A DNA stretch of 64,000 nt from an uncultured Planctomycetaceae bacterium (GTDB lineage Bacteria; Planctomycetota; UBA8742; UBA2392; JABWBM01), in assembly GCA_964548115.1 (NCBI GenBank), contig CAZJPQ010000015.1:3923-67922 (forward strand), written 5' to 3'. Position numbers and translations under genes: made by a program. The stretch's first letter is position 1, and each line of letters opens with the position of its first letter. The notes beneath the pieces are model-generated. The model did not search any database. It was not told the DNA's origin and saw only the letters and a list, made by a program, of their open reading frames with translations. Positions 29,571 to 39,022 of this stretch are shown piece by piece.

Positions 29571-31904
29571 TTACCAACCAAGGACAAGAGCGAGCTGATA
29601 AACGATTAATGCTCCAACATAGGCCAATAGAGTCATAGTAGAAAAACTCAAAAGGGCCATGCCCCATGAATTTGTTTCACGCTTAATAGCACTGACTGAA
29701 GCGCCACACTGCATGCAAAGAGCAAAGAATACCATCAAGGATAAAGCTGTCGCCAAAGTAAAAAGTTGTTTGCCATCAGTACCACGAGCCTTGCTTAATG
29801 TATCACGCAGGCCTTCACTTGTTTCATCCTGGTCTTCGCCCATAGCAAAGAGTGTTCCCAAGGTTGCAATTACAACTTCACGAGCAGGAAAACTTGCAAT
29901 CGTTGCTGTAGAAATCCGCCAATCCCAGCCAAGGGGTTTAAATATTGGCTCTACACTTTTGCCAGCCTTGCCCAAAAAAGAATTTTCCAATAATGCTGCT
30001 GCTTCTTGATTATCAATTTCACGATATTTTAAAAGCTCTTTTTCAATATCTGTCTGTTGGTTTTGAATAGTTAGAATTTCAGGATCCTGAGGTTGCAACC
30101 CTCGTGCTTTTTCTTCTAGTTTTTCAGCCTGCTCCTCAAGCTCTGCTTCTGAAAGAATCAATGCTGCTCTTTTCTCTTCATAAGTTTGAAGCACCTCTTC
30201 TGAACGTGGGAAATAGCCAAGCACCCAAATAATCAGACTCATAGCCAAAATAATCGTACCAGCGTCTACAACAAAGACCCTCCCTCGCTCATAGGCTGTA
30301 TAAAAAAGGCTTTTTATACGAGGCAATGTGTAATCTGGAAGCTCCATCATGAGGTGTGAAGCAGCTCCACGAAAAAAGAACTTACGAATCAAAAATGCAC
30401 CAATAAAAGCCACAACAAGACCTAATCCATAAAAGCAAAGCATGACAAAGGCCTGCATGCCAAGAAAAGGCAAAATCTTGTACTCTGGCACAAAACTCTC
30501 GATGAGAAGGATGTAAACCGGCAAACGGGCAGAACAGCTTGTTAAAGGAACAACCATCAAGGTTGCGAAACGACTCGCCTTATCAGGAATTGTACGAGTT
30601 GCCATAATTGCAGGAATAGCACAAGCAAAACCTGAAAGCATCGGGATAAAAGACCGCCCTGTAAGACCGACCTTGCGAAAAGGCCTATCCATAAGGTAAG
30701 CCGCACGGGCAAGATAACCCGAATCTTCCAAAAAGGCAATAAAAAGGAAAAGGAGAACGATTTGAGGCAAAAATATCAGCACTCCTCCTACCCCAGCAAT
30801 TAAACCATCAACGATTAAACTCTGAAGCCAGCCTCCTTCTGGAAGAATCTGTGCTACAGATTCACCCAAAGCTCCAAAACCTTGATCGATCAGATCCATC
30901 AAAGGACCAGACCATTCAAAAATTGTTTGAAAAAGGAAGCCCATGACTCCAAAAAAAATGATCATCCCCCAAAAAGGATGAGTAAGCACACGATCAAAAC
31001 GTGTGCTTATTCCCTTTTGACTCGAAAGATCCTGACGTTGAACCTGAGCGACGACTTCTTGAGCCCAAGCGTGCCGCAGTCTTGCTTCAATCAACTCAAG
31101 GGACTCAACCTTTTCTTGAACAAGCCGTTGACGGGCATTTTCAACAAATGACAAAGCACTCTCACCCAAAGCTTCAACTAAAGCCCTTTCTTCATTTCCT
31201 TTTTTGTCAGCCAAAATGCGAAACGCATCACCAATCTGGTAACGAAAAGAAACAACTTCCTCTCCCTGGGCCTTTTGAATAGCGTTTAAATTTTGAGCCA
31301 ATGCATTAAGGATATCTCCCAAAGGTTTTGGATACTCCAATTGAGGAGACTCAGCAGGCAGCGCTTGCGACTCAAATGCTTGAAACAATGTTGAACGAAG
31401 TTGATCAATCCCTTGAACCTTTGAAGCATGAATACCGACAACCGGAGAGCCTAAGATTTCCTCTAAGCGCCTGCAATCAACACTTATCCCCTTGTTTTGA
31501 GCAAGGTCGTTCATATTTAAAGCAACAACACTGGGCAATCCCAACTCTTGAACCTGGTTGAGAAGGTAAAGACCTCGCTCAAGCTGAGCAGCATTTAAAA
31601 CAACGAGTACAAGATCAGGCTTTGCTTCACCAACGTAACGCCCCTGAATAAATTCGCTGGTAATTATTTCATCGAGACTTCGAGCTCGTAAAGAATAAGT
31701 TCCGGGCAAATCAATCAACTCAACGTGATATTTATCTTGAAGAGAAAAGCGTCCTTGCTTTTTTTCAACAGTTACACCCGGATAATTTGCTGTTTTTTGG
31801 CGCAACCCTGTAAGGGTGTTGAATAAGCTTGATTTCCCCGTGTTAGGGGTCCCCAAAAGAGCAATACGCCGTTGAAAATTCACTTGGTTTGCCACTTCAA
31901 CCAC
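29571..31904 (-). CDS. feoB: Ferrous iron transport protein B
   Basis: 777 aa. N-terminal G-domain (GTPNTGKSSLFN, DLPGTYSL, NMND) followed by a polytopic membrane domain with the FeoB gate motifs. Confidence 0.9.
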   Translation of the reverse strand: MVEVANQVNFQRRIALLGTPNTGKSSLFNTLTGLRQKTANYPGVTVEKKQGRFSLQDKYHVELIDLPGTYSLRARSLDEIITSEFIQGRYVGEAKPDLVLVVLNAAQLERGLYLLNQVQELGLPSVVALNMNDLAQNKGISVDCRRLEEILGSPVVGIHASKVQGIDQLRSTLFQAFESQALPAESPQLEYPKPLGDILNALAQNLNAIQKAQGEEVVSFRYQIGDAFRILADKKGNEERALVEALGESALSFVENARQRLVQEKVESLELIEARLRHAWAQEVVAQVQRQDLSSQKGISTRFDRVLTHPFWGMIIFFGVMGFLFQTIFEWSGPLMDLIDQGFGALGESVAQILPEGGWLQSLIVDGLIAGVGGVLIFLPQIVLLFLFIAFLEDSGYLARAAYLMDRPFRKVGLTGRSFIPMLSGFACAIPAIMATRTIPDKASRFATLMVVPLTSCSARLPVYILLIESFVPEYKILPFLGMQAFVMLCFYGLGLVVAFIGAFLIRKFFFRGAASHLMMELPDYTLPRIKSLFYTAYERGRVFVVDAGTIILAMSLIIWVLGYFPRSEEVLQTYEEKRAALILSEAELEEQAEKLEEKARGLQPQDPEILTIQNQQTDIEKELLKYREIDNQEAAALLENSFLGKAGKSVEPIFKPLGWDWRISTATIASFPAREVVIATLGTLFAMGEDQDETSEGLRDTLSKARGTDGKQLFTLATALSLMVFFALCMQCGASVSAIKRETNSWGMALLSFSTMTLLAYVGALIVYQLALVLGW

Positions 31905-32018
31905 TACCTATTCAATACAATACACTCAAAGCCCAACAAAAACGCTGAGATATAACTCTTCTTTGAAAAATAACCAATGGCTTAACTCCCAACGCGTAAC
32001 AACTCGTTAGGTCAGAGA

Positions 32019-32291
32019 CTACCTCTTTGGATGCTTATTAGAATTACAGGCCTCAAGACTTATTTCAACTGCCTTAAAAATATCATAGGATAGCGCCAGT
32101 TTGCACTGGCCTGCCCAAACAATGCAGGGGTTCCCTTTTTTTTCTATACGAAACTCTGCTCCTTCACCTAGCCCCATTTCATAACACTGGCAAACAAGGT
32201 CTCCACCTCCCTCTACTTTTGTAATTCTATAGGATCTTCCAACTTCCATAGCATCAAAAGTAATAGAAGGCTTTAATGAAGTTTGAATCAT
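32019..32291 (-). CDS. feoA: Ferrous iron transport protein A (FeoA, SH3-like)
   Basis: 90 aa immediately upstream of feoB on the same strand. FeoA-like core (LS.MEVGRSYRITKVEGGG...LGEGAEFRI). Confidence 0.7.
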   Translation of the reverse strand: MIQTSLKPSITFDAMEVGRSYRITKVEGGGDLVCQCYEMGLGEGAEFRIEKKGNPCIVWAGQCKLALSYDIFKAVEISLEACNSNKHPKR

Positions 32292-32331
32292 GCTGAGCCA
32301 TCCTTAGTTTAAATTTTACAAAAACGAATCT

Positions 32332-32346
32332 TGCGTATTTTACGCA
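32332..32346. promoter_or_regulatory. Perfect 6-3-6 palindrome TGCGTA-TTT-TACGCA ~40 nt upstream of feoA: candidate operator
   Basis: Read directly: ...cttGCGTATTTTACGCActtc. TGCGTA is the reverse complement of TACGCA. Located in the feoAB promoter region. Confidence 0.4.
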
Positions 32347-32725
32347 CTTCAAAGAGAAGTAAGTTCTAGTCCTTGCTCTTCCACTCAATCTATTTTGAAA
32401 CTGATTCTCAAAATACAAACCAAAATCCTCCTACACAAGATATTTTAGGCTTTTATAGAGAAGTATTATTTTCACTCAGGACAAAAGTGAATGTTTTCAG
32501 CAAATAAAATAAAGCCATAAAACCCAAGTTTATTTGCTAAAACAAAAAAATACCGCTTCAAAAATGCTCTCTCGTTTCGACTCCCTTCCCTTTTGAATAG
32601 CTTTGGCATAGCTTTTTTTCACATCTTATATTATTCTTCATGAAATGCCCTGAAGCTTAAACCTGCCCCTTAAAGATGCAAAGCGGGACCTTTACAAGAA
32701 CACTGCAATAAAATAGACTTCAATT

Positions 32726-34141
32726 ATGGCTCGCCTCCTTCCTTCAAAATTCACAACTATAGAAGCTATTCGAGATTTTTTGGCAGGCACAACAAACTAC
32801 GAAAAAATACAGCATTTTCGTATGCAGCGAAGCAACTTCGATCTTGAACGCTTGCAATGCTTTCTTGATCGATTAGGCTCCCCTCAAAACACTTTTGAAG
32901 CCGTCCACATAGCAGGTACAACCGGCAAGGGGAGTACTTGCATGATCATTGAAGCTCTACTGCGCTCTCAGGGTCTTAAGACCGGCCTTTATACCTCTCC
33001 TCACCTTGAACATGAAAGAGAGCGCATCGCCGTCCAGGGCCAGACCATCAGCGAAAAAGATTTTATAAAGGCCTTTAAAATCATGGAAAAGGTCCTCGCA
33101 GCAACTCAAAAAACCGGCGATGCACTAACATACTTTGAAATTTTAACCGCTGCAGCTTTCTTAACATTTCGAGAAGCCCAAGTGAATATCGCTGTCCTTG
33201 AAACAGGCCTTGGGGGCAGACTTGATGCAACCAATATCATCATGCCTCGCCTCAGCGTTATTACAAGTATCGGACATGATCACCGCGATAAGCTTGGAGA
33301 AAGCCTTCGTGACATCGCTTATGAAAAGGCTGGGATCATTAAAACCAGCATCCCCATACTGGTAGGACATTGTGCTCCCGAACCTTTCGAAGTCATTCGA
33401 CGCAAGGCCCAAGAGGAAAACGCTCCTCTGCGTTCTTTAAACCATGATTTCGGGATCAAAAATATCCAACCAAACGAAGAAGGCATTGCTTTTTCTTTTT
33501 GGAGTAAGGGAGGCTGGAGTCAAAGCAATACACAACATAAGAGACTTATAATAAAGAACTTAAATGCCATTCAAGCTTCCAATACTGCTCTTGCTTTAGA
33601 GGCCTTGGGAATACTTTATCGAAACCACTACCTTAGTCCGCTTGATAAAGATGCGCTCCACAAAGCACTTGCAAACGTTGCTTTTCCAGGGCGCTGCGAA
33701 TGGCTCCAGGATAAACGACAGAACTCCCCCTCCATCCTTCTCGATGTTGCCCATAATCCTGAATCAATCCAAGAAACCCTGAAGCTTTTACAACAGCGCT
33801 TTGCTGGTATTCATAAAACCCTGCTCTTTGGAATTGCTCAAGACAAGGAGCTTGAGACAATCATGGAAGCTTTGCCAACAACTGTTCAAGATACCATTTT
33901 CACAGAATTTCCTTCAGCCCGAGCTACTCCTGTTGACAAACTTGACATGCTTTGGAGAAAGTTTGGCGGCCCTCCGGCAGAACTCATGAAGGATCCCGTT
34001 AAAGCTTTCGAATGGGGCTATCAACTGGCTCAAAAGCATGCTGGCATGCTGATTATCTGTGGCTCGTTTTATCTGGTTGGTCTATTGCGACCATTAGCAA
34101 AAGCACAAGTCCAAGAACAAAAAGAAATTGAGGAGAAATAA
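32726..34141 (+). CDS. folC: Bifunctional folylpolyglutamate synthase / dihydrofolate synthase
   Basis: 471 aa Mur-ligase family. P-loop GTTGKGST and TGLGGRLDATN. Confidence 0.9.
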   Translation: MARLLPSKFTTIEAIRDFLAGTTNYEKIQHFRMQRSNFDLERLQCFLDRLGSPQNTFEAVHIAGTTGKGSTCMIIEALLRSQGLKTGLYTSPHLEHERERIAVQGQTISEKDFIKAFKIMEKVLAATQKTGDALTYFEILTAAAFLTFREAQVNIAVLETGLGGRLDATNIIMPRLSVITSIGHDHRDKLGESLRDIAYEKAGIIKTSIPILVGHCAPEPFEVIRRKAQEENAPLRSLNHDFGIKNIQPNEEGIAFSFWSKGGWSQSNTQHKRLIIKNLNAIQASNTALALEALGILYRNHYLSPLDKDALHKALANVAFPGRCEWLQDKRQNSPSILLDVAHNPESIQETLKLLQQRFAGIHKTLLFGIAQDKELETIMEALPTTVQDTIFTEFPSARATPVDKLDMLWRKFGGPPAELMKDPVKAFEWGYQLAQKHAGMLIICGSFYLVGLLRPLAKAQVQEQKEIEEK

Positions 34142-34512
34142 TGCCTGAAACAAAAGATAAACAAAACTTTGAAGCTCAAGTTGAAACCATCGAACACTGT
34201 CTTGAAGCATTAGAAAGTGGCGAACTTAGCCTTGAACAATCCCTTCATATATATGAAAAGGGAATGAAATCCTTAAAACAATGTCATCAGCTTTTAGAAC
34301 TTGCCCGTGGAAAAGTTCAACTTCTTATGGAACAAGAAACCTCAGAAGATGATGAACCTTCTTTTGCTGAATACGATCCAGAAAGTGGTGGCACAAAGCT
34401 GGAAACTTCCAACCCAAAAAAACGCCCAAAGAAAAAGGCTACAAAAGATGAGTCTGCTCCTGAAGAAGATCAAGACACTCCTTCAAAAGACCAGGGAAAA
34501 ACACTTTTCTAA
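34141..34512 (+). CDS. xseB: Exodeoxyribonuclease VII small subunit with ~50-aa charged C-terminal extension
   Basis: The N-terminal 70 aa (FEAQVETIEHCLEALESGELSLEQSLHIYEKGMKSLKQCHQLLELARGKVQLL) match the XseB helical-hairpin pattern. Start overlaps the folC stop (ATGA). The tail is K/E/D/P-rich low complexity. Confidence 0.65.
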   Translation: MPETKDKQNFEAQVETIEHCLEALESGELSLEQSLHIYEKGMKSLKQCHQLLELARGKVQLLMEQETSEDDEPSFAEYDPESGGTKLETSNPKKRPKKKATKDESAPEEDQDTPSKDQGKTLF

Positions 34513-34625
34513 AAATGATCTTTTTCTCGTGTTTACAAATTTCTTGAAGAAAACATCTCGGGCTTAACCCCTGAAAATTTCGTGGCTTATTATTTCAAAG
34601 ACTTATGATGTTCTCTGGAAAGGTC

Positions 34626-34982
34626 TTAATGCTTAAGTGTATGAGCACTATCAGTTTCAACACTTCTGAAAAGGTTGAAAAGGTTAAGGACTATTGCCAA
34701 GCCAACAGCAGCTTCAGCTGCAGCAAGCATAATGATAAAGATGGCAAAAATTTGACCATCCAGCGAAGGAGCCCCGCTGGAAAAATGGCTAAAAGCAACA
34801 AAATTAATAGCAGCAGCATTTAAGATGAGCTCAATTCCCATCAAAATTGCTACAGCATTGCGGCGGTATACAATTGCCCCAAGTCCAAAGGCAAAAAGCA
34901 AAGCAGAGATCAACAAATAAGTCCCCAAGTTTGGTCCTTGTGTTAAAATCGCACTCATATTTGCCTTGAGGTTTTCAAACAT
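34626..34982 (-). CDS. nuoK: NADH-quinone oxidoreductase subunit K
   Basis: Three TM helices with the conserved NuoK block LMGIELILNAAAINFVAFS...LAAAEAAVGLAIVLNLF. Start ambiguous (ATG MFENLK at 34982, or GTG at 34997). Confidence 0.8.
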   Translation of the reverse strand: MFENLKANMSAILTQGPNLGTYLLISALLFAFGLGAIVYRRNAVAILMGIELILNAAAINFVAFSHFSSGAPSLDGQIFAIFIIMLAAAEAAVGLAIVLNLFNLFRSVETDSAHTLKH

Positions 34983-35029
34983 GGAATTACTTTTCACTTT
35001 CTTATTTCAACAAGCTTTATAGAGCTGAG

Positions 35030-35671
35030 CTATACCACTTTTTTTTCTACGGTTTTCTTGCCCTCATCACGTTGACGTACGATGTAAGCTGCTCCAACAA
35101 GAGCAATTAAGAGCACAAAGCTTGCAATCACAAAAGGAGCAACATAACTGGTTAAAAGCATATCACCCAAATTTCGAGTACCTTGAGGAGGCAGTGAAGA
35201 ATGAGGCAATTCTCCTGCAACCTTCCACTCTGGCAAACTTGAACCAATCACACCCGTAGTCAAAACAAGTACTGGGATGAGAATAATGCTTATTAAAATA
35301 ATTGCGGAGAAAATACGATTTCGTTTACTTCGAACTTCAACCGGGCTACGAGCAGTCAACATCACTCCAAACATGATCAGAATTGTTGTTCCCCCAACAT
35401 AAACCATCACCTGGACAAATGCTAAAAACTCAGCTCCCATAAAAAGATAGAGTCCTGCAACGCTTCCAAGACAAACAAAAAGAGCCGTTGCTGCTCGGAC
35501 AATATCTTTTTGAGTCATCACAAGATAAGCAGAAAATACCACAACAACAGCCGTGAACACAAAAGCCAGTCCTTTGAAAGCCCCTCCTGAAAGCCAAGTT
35601 CCTGGCTCCTTTAAAGCCTCAAGCAAAGGCAAAACGGCAATAAAATGAGAATCCAAAAGATTTAAAATCAT
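35030..35671 (-). CDS. nuoJ: NADH-quinone oxidoreductase subunit J
   Basis: 213 aa, five predicted TM helices. NuoJ-like core (VMVYVGGTTILIMFGVMLT). Confidence 0.8.
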   Translation of the reverse strand: MILNLLDSHFIAVLPLLEALKEPGTWLSGGAFKGLAFVFTAVVVVFSAYLVMTQKDIVRAATALFVCLGSVAGLYLFMGAEFLAFVQVMVYVGGTTILIMFGVMLTARSPVEVRSKRNRIFSAIILISIILIPVLVLTTGVIGSSLPEWKVAGELPHSSLPPQGTRNLGDMLLTSYVAPFVIASFVLLIALVGAAYIVRQRDEGKKTVEKKVV

Positions 35672-35750
35672 TGATCTTTTCTATCAAAATTCTTCCAAGA
35701 ATAAGCAACCTACAAAAGCTTCGAAGTCCATCAACTTTCTATTTCTTCAA

Positions 35751-36422
35751 CTACTCTTGTGCTTTAGCTTTCTTTTCTTCTTCAGCTTTTTTCTGAGCCT
35801 TAAGCGCGTCTTGTTCTTTTTTAAAGTTTCCTTCTATGATCTTAGCCTGATCAAGATCTTTCTTGCTTTGGATATAATCCTGTGGGCTAAAGACACTACC
35901 CTTAAGAAGGTCTCGCACAAGCCCTTCTCGTTTAAAAGCAGAATAATCCCACTCTCTACCATGATGAATACAATCCGTTGGACACACTTCCGTGCATAAC
36001 CCACAAAAAATACATTTTGAATTATCAACCGTAAAACGAGTCATGTAATTATCTGATTTCAGACGCACGCCCTCGATTACAATACACTGAGCAGGACATA
36101 CCTTTGAGCAGGCATAACACATGATACATTTCGATGGCTCTAAATAAATCATGCCACGGTGGCGCTCGGCAACTTCCTCAGCCATGCGCTGCTCGCCTTC
36201 ATCAGGATATTGATACGTATAAATACTTCGCTTCGCATCACCCTTTCCCATATGAAACATGTGACGGATCGTCACTCCCATACCTTTCATAGTTGAAGAA
36301 AGGTGGTATTTCAAATTTCGAAAGTACTCTCGAAAGCTTGGCCCTTCCAAAGTATCTTCAGCATCCTCAAGAGATGATGCTTGAAGAGCATAATCAGCCG
36401 CTTTATCTGTCTTTTCTACCAT
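35751..36422 (-). CDS. nuoI: NADH-quinone oxidoreductase subunit I (2x[4Fe-4S]) with lysine-rich C-terminal extension
   Basis: Two ferredoxin motifs CIMCYACSKVCPAQCI and CIFCGLCTEVCPTDCI. Extra ~40-aa K/E/A-rich tail (KKAEEEKKAKAQE). Confidence 0.85.
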   Translation of the reverse strand: MVEKTDKAADYALQASSLEDAEDTLEGPSFREYFRNLKYHLSSTMKGMGVTIRHMFHMGKGDAKRSIYTYQYPDEGEQRMAEEVAERHRGMIYLEPSKCIMCYACSKVCPAQCIVIEGVRLKSDNYMTRFTVDNSKCIFCGLCTEVCPTDCIHHGREWDYSAFKREGLVRDLLKGSVFSPQDYIQSKKDLDQAKIIEGNFKKEQDALKAQKKAEEEKKAKAQE

Positions 36423-36559
36423 TTTAGCTTATCCGCCTTTCTGCAAGGCACACACTGTATTCGCAACTTTTCTTTCCTTACAAAACCAAGCTTTCATTCT
36501 AGCTTACTTCATCTTTATTGTTATCAGAATTCCTGAGTTTCCTTTGGCTAAGACAGCTC

Positions 36560-38299
36560 TTAACCAAGATAAAGAGTCCAGAGTGTTTGCAATAAAAGCG
36601 CAACCATCGTAAAGGGTAGTAAAACCTTAAGACAAAGGTACATGACTTGGTCAAGGCGGATCCGTGGTAACGTCCAACGCAACCACATCATTACAAAAAC
36701 TAAGAAAAGTGTTTTAAGAATCAGATTAAACGCTCCCCAGGCAAACCAGGCTGCTGGCCCTACTGATTTGATCACTCCATCAAGCCCTGGGACAACCCCT
36801 GCCATGCCTCCCAAGAAGAGAACAGCGGTCAGAGCACTCATGGCATACATTTCGCCATACTCAGCCAGGAAAAAAAGCGACCAGCGCATGCCTGAGTATT
36901 CTGTGAGAAATCCAGCAATGAGCTCTGATTCTGCTTCAGGTAAATCAAAGGGCGCCCGCTTCGTATGGGCTAACACTCCAACATAAAAAAGAATAAAAAC
37001 TGGCAGAAGGGTAAGAGGATACTTTAAGATATTCCAGCTTAAGATACCGCCATGGAAATCCGGAGAGAGTCCTAAAAGGAGCCCCTGCTCTTGAATCTGA
37101 GCAATGTCCATCAGATTTAAGGAATGATTGGCAACGACAACACAAAGCGCGCCAATTCCCATAGGAATCTCATAGCTTACCATCTGGGCAGCTTCACGAA
37201 TCGCTCCATACAGTGACCATTTATTATTCGAAGCCCAACCAGCAAGCACCACCCCCATAACTGAGACAGAGCTGATGGCAAGAATAAAAAAGAGCCCCGC
37301 ATTAATATAGGCTGGGGTTCCGAACCAAGGACGATCCACCTGAAGACTTGAAACTTTAAACTCTTTGAGAGGAGCAAATGCTCCCAAAAGAGCAGCTTTT
37401 TCTTCTTTAAATTTTTTCAATTCAGGCTCAAGAACACCGGTATCCTGAAGCCTTTTGGACTCCTGCTGGGCTTGCTCCTGCAAATGATGATAGCTTTGAA
37501 TAAGACCTAAAACCCGAACTTTCGATTCTTGGGATAAAGCCGTTGGATGGCTTCCCTGATACCATTTTACACGATGAGTACGAAGGTATTCGTCATGGAC
37601 CTTATATGCTCTTGTTGGATCATCGAAAGTATCTGGGTGCTCTCTGCGAAACTCTCTAAACTCACTATCCCAACGCTGGGAAAACTTTTCACTTTGCTCC
37701 TGAAAAGCCTTGTGAGTGGTAAGCAAAATCTGCCCAAATTCTTCCTGCTCAGCAGCCTCTTTGATTTGCTCTCTATTTTCTTTTGCCCGCCGATACTTAC
37801 GAGCCTCCAGTTCTGTACGAGCCAGCTCTACACTCTCGCTGTCAGCTTCTTCTGCCTCCAATTCGTCAAGCGCAAGTTCTGTGGCGTGAAGATCCAACAC
37901 TGAAAGCTCTTGCTTCCCCTGCCAACTGGCAAAAGGCAATACAACAAACATAGCCACAGCAGAAGCAAATACAAAACAAGGTGCAATTACAAAAAGAAAC
38001 GCGTCAGCTGCTCGCGGCGTTAAATCTTCTTTCTCAAGCAGTTTCACACCATCTGCAAGAGTTTGAAGCAACCCTTTTGGCCCAACTCTCATCGGGCCCA
38101 AACGGCTTTGCATATGAGCTGAGACTTTACGTTCAGCATAAATTGCAATCAGCCCAAAAAGAGAGATCAAGCCAACAACAACGCCAATCCAAAGGCTAAT
38201 CCATTCAGCCATATGGATAAAATCAAGAACCCGTTGGTCTTCAATCGAACGCCCAAAAAGCGTCGAAAAAAGCTGCTCTCCAATCACTGCGATATCCAT
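36560..38299 (-). CDS. nuoH: NADH-quinone oxidoreductase subunit H carrying a ~195-aa charged insertion between TM2 and TM3
   Basis: N-terminal NuoH core (YAERKVSAHMQSRLGPMRVGPKGLLQTLADGVKLL) and C-terminal core (GLFFILAISSVSVMGVVLAGWASNNKWSLYGAIREAAQMVSYEIP...EAESELIAGFLTEYSG) are both intact. Residues ~125-320 are hydrophilic and E/K/R-rich with no counterpart in canonical ~330-aa NuoH. Confidence 0.85.
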   Translation of the reverse strand: MDIAVIGEQLFSTLFGRSIEDQRVLDFIHMAEWISLWIGVVVGLISLFGLIAIYAERKVSAHMQSRLGPMRVGPKGLLQTLADGVKLLEKEDLTPRAADAFLFVIAPCFVFASAVAMFVVLPFASWQGKQELSVLDLHATELALDELEAEEADSESVELARTELEARKYRRAKENREQIKEAAEQEEFGQILLTTHKAFQEQSEKFSQRWDSEFREFRREHPDTFDDPTRAYKVHDEYLRTHRVKWYQGSHPTALSQESKVRVLGLIQSYHHLQEQAQQESKRLQDTGVLEPELKKFKEEKAALLGAFAPLKEFKVSSLQVDRPWFGTPAYINAGLFFILAISSVSVMGVVLAGWASNNKWSLYGAIREAAQMVSYEIPMGIGALCVVVANHSLNLMDIAQIQEQGLLLGLSPDFHGGILSWNILKYPLTLLPVFILFYVGVLAHTKRAPFDLPEAESELIAGFLTEYSGMRWSLFFLAEYGEMYAMSALTAVLFLGGMAGVVPGLDGVIKSVGPAAWFAWGAFNLILKTLFLVFVMMWLRWTLPRIRLDQVMYLCLKVLLPFTMVALLLQTLWTLYLG

Positions 38300-38847
38300 A
38301 GGTCTTCACTGCTCTTCTTAGCTTAATTATAAAATACATTTACGAGCGTCTTTGAATCAAATGATTCTCAATACTCTAAGCCAGCACTTCTCTATTTTAT
38401 ACAAAAATTCTTCTGCTTGATCGGGTCTCCCCTATGCTTATTTGATTTATTTGATTTTTTATGTTTTTCTTGCTCCTCTTCAAGCAAAAACTTTAGAACA
38501 TCAAGCCTTCCTAGATTTACAAAAACTCTTTTATTTACCAAAGACCAAAGCTTTTTGATGTATAAAACTCTCTTTTCTTGCATCAGTCAATCAAATCAAT
38601 GATTTCTCCAAAAGTTTACGCTGAAAAGTAAGGAAAACAAATGATTATCTTGCAAAACTCAACTTTATAAAAATTACGATACTTATTTGCACGCAAACCT
38701 TGTCTACACACCATGATCGAACAAGTAATCCCTGATGCTCCTCTTATCAATTCTTTTATAAATAAATATAGTTAAAACGAGCATTGGGAAGCGTGTTTTC
38801 ATTCGTTTTTCTATAATTTATTTCGCCCTTATTAAAGAGTCATGAAT

Positions 38848-38878
38848 AAAAGATCTCGCAAATAATAATAAGATCTTT
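38848..38878. promoter_or_regulatory. Inverted repeat AAAGATCT-N14-AGATCTTT in the divergent nuoH/gdh intergenic region
   Basis: Read directly: ataaAAGATCTcgcaaataataataAGATCTTTcg. Lies in the 730-bp AT-rich region between the nuoH start (38299, -) and the gdh start (39028, +). Confidence 0.3.
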
Positions 38879-39015
38879 CGTCATGAGTTTTCGAAATTTT
38901 TACTAACGGTTGAAAGCCTGACCTTGCTAATCTTCACTCTTGTTTCATACTCTATGGGGGTTCAATTATTGTTGAAAATATTTTCCGACGAAACAACTTT
39001 TGATTTTTAAAACTT

Positions 39016-39022
39016 AAGGAGG
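39016..39022 (+). promoter_or_regulatory. Shine-Dalgarno AAGGAGG for gdh (GTG start)
   Basis: acttAAGGAGGcaacaGTGggc. The strong RBS sits 5 nt before the GTG at 39028. Confidence 0.6.

Noticed and set aside
36642-37903. Antisense ORFs (114 aa, 118 aa) within the nuoH insertion region that could suggest nuoH is two genes
   Set aside because: The nuoH reading frame is continuous through the inserted block with no stop, and the flanking halves are collinear NuoH. The antisense ORFs have no RBS or start context.
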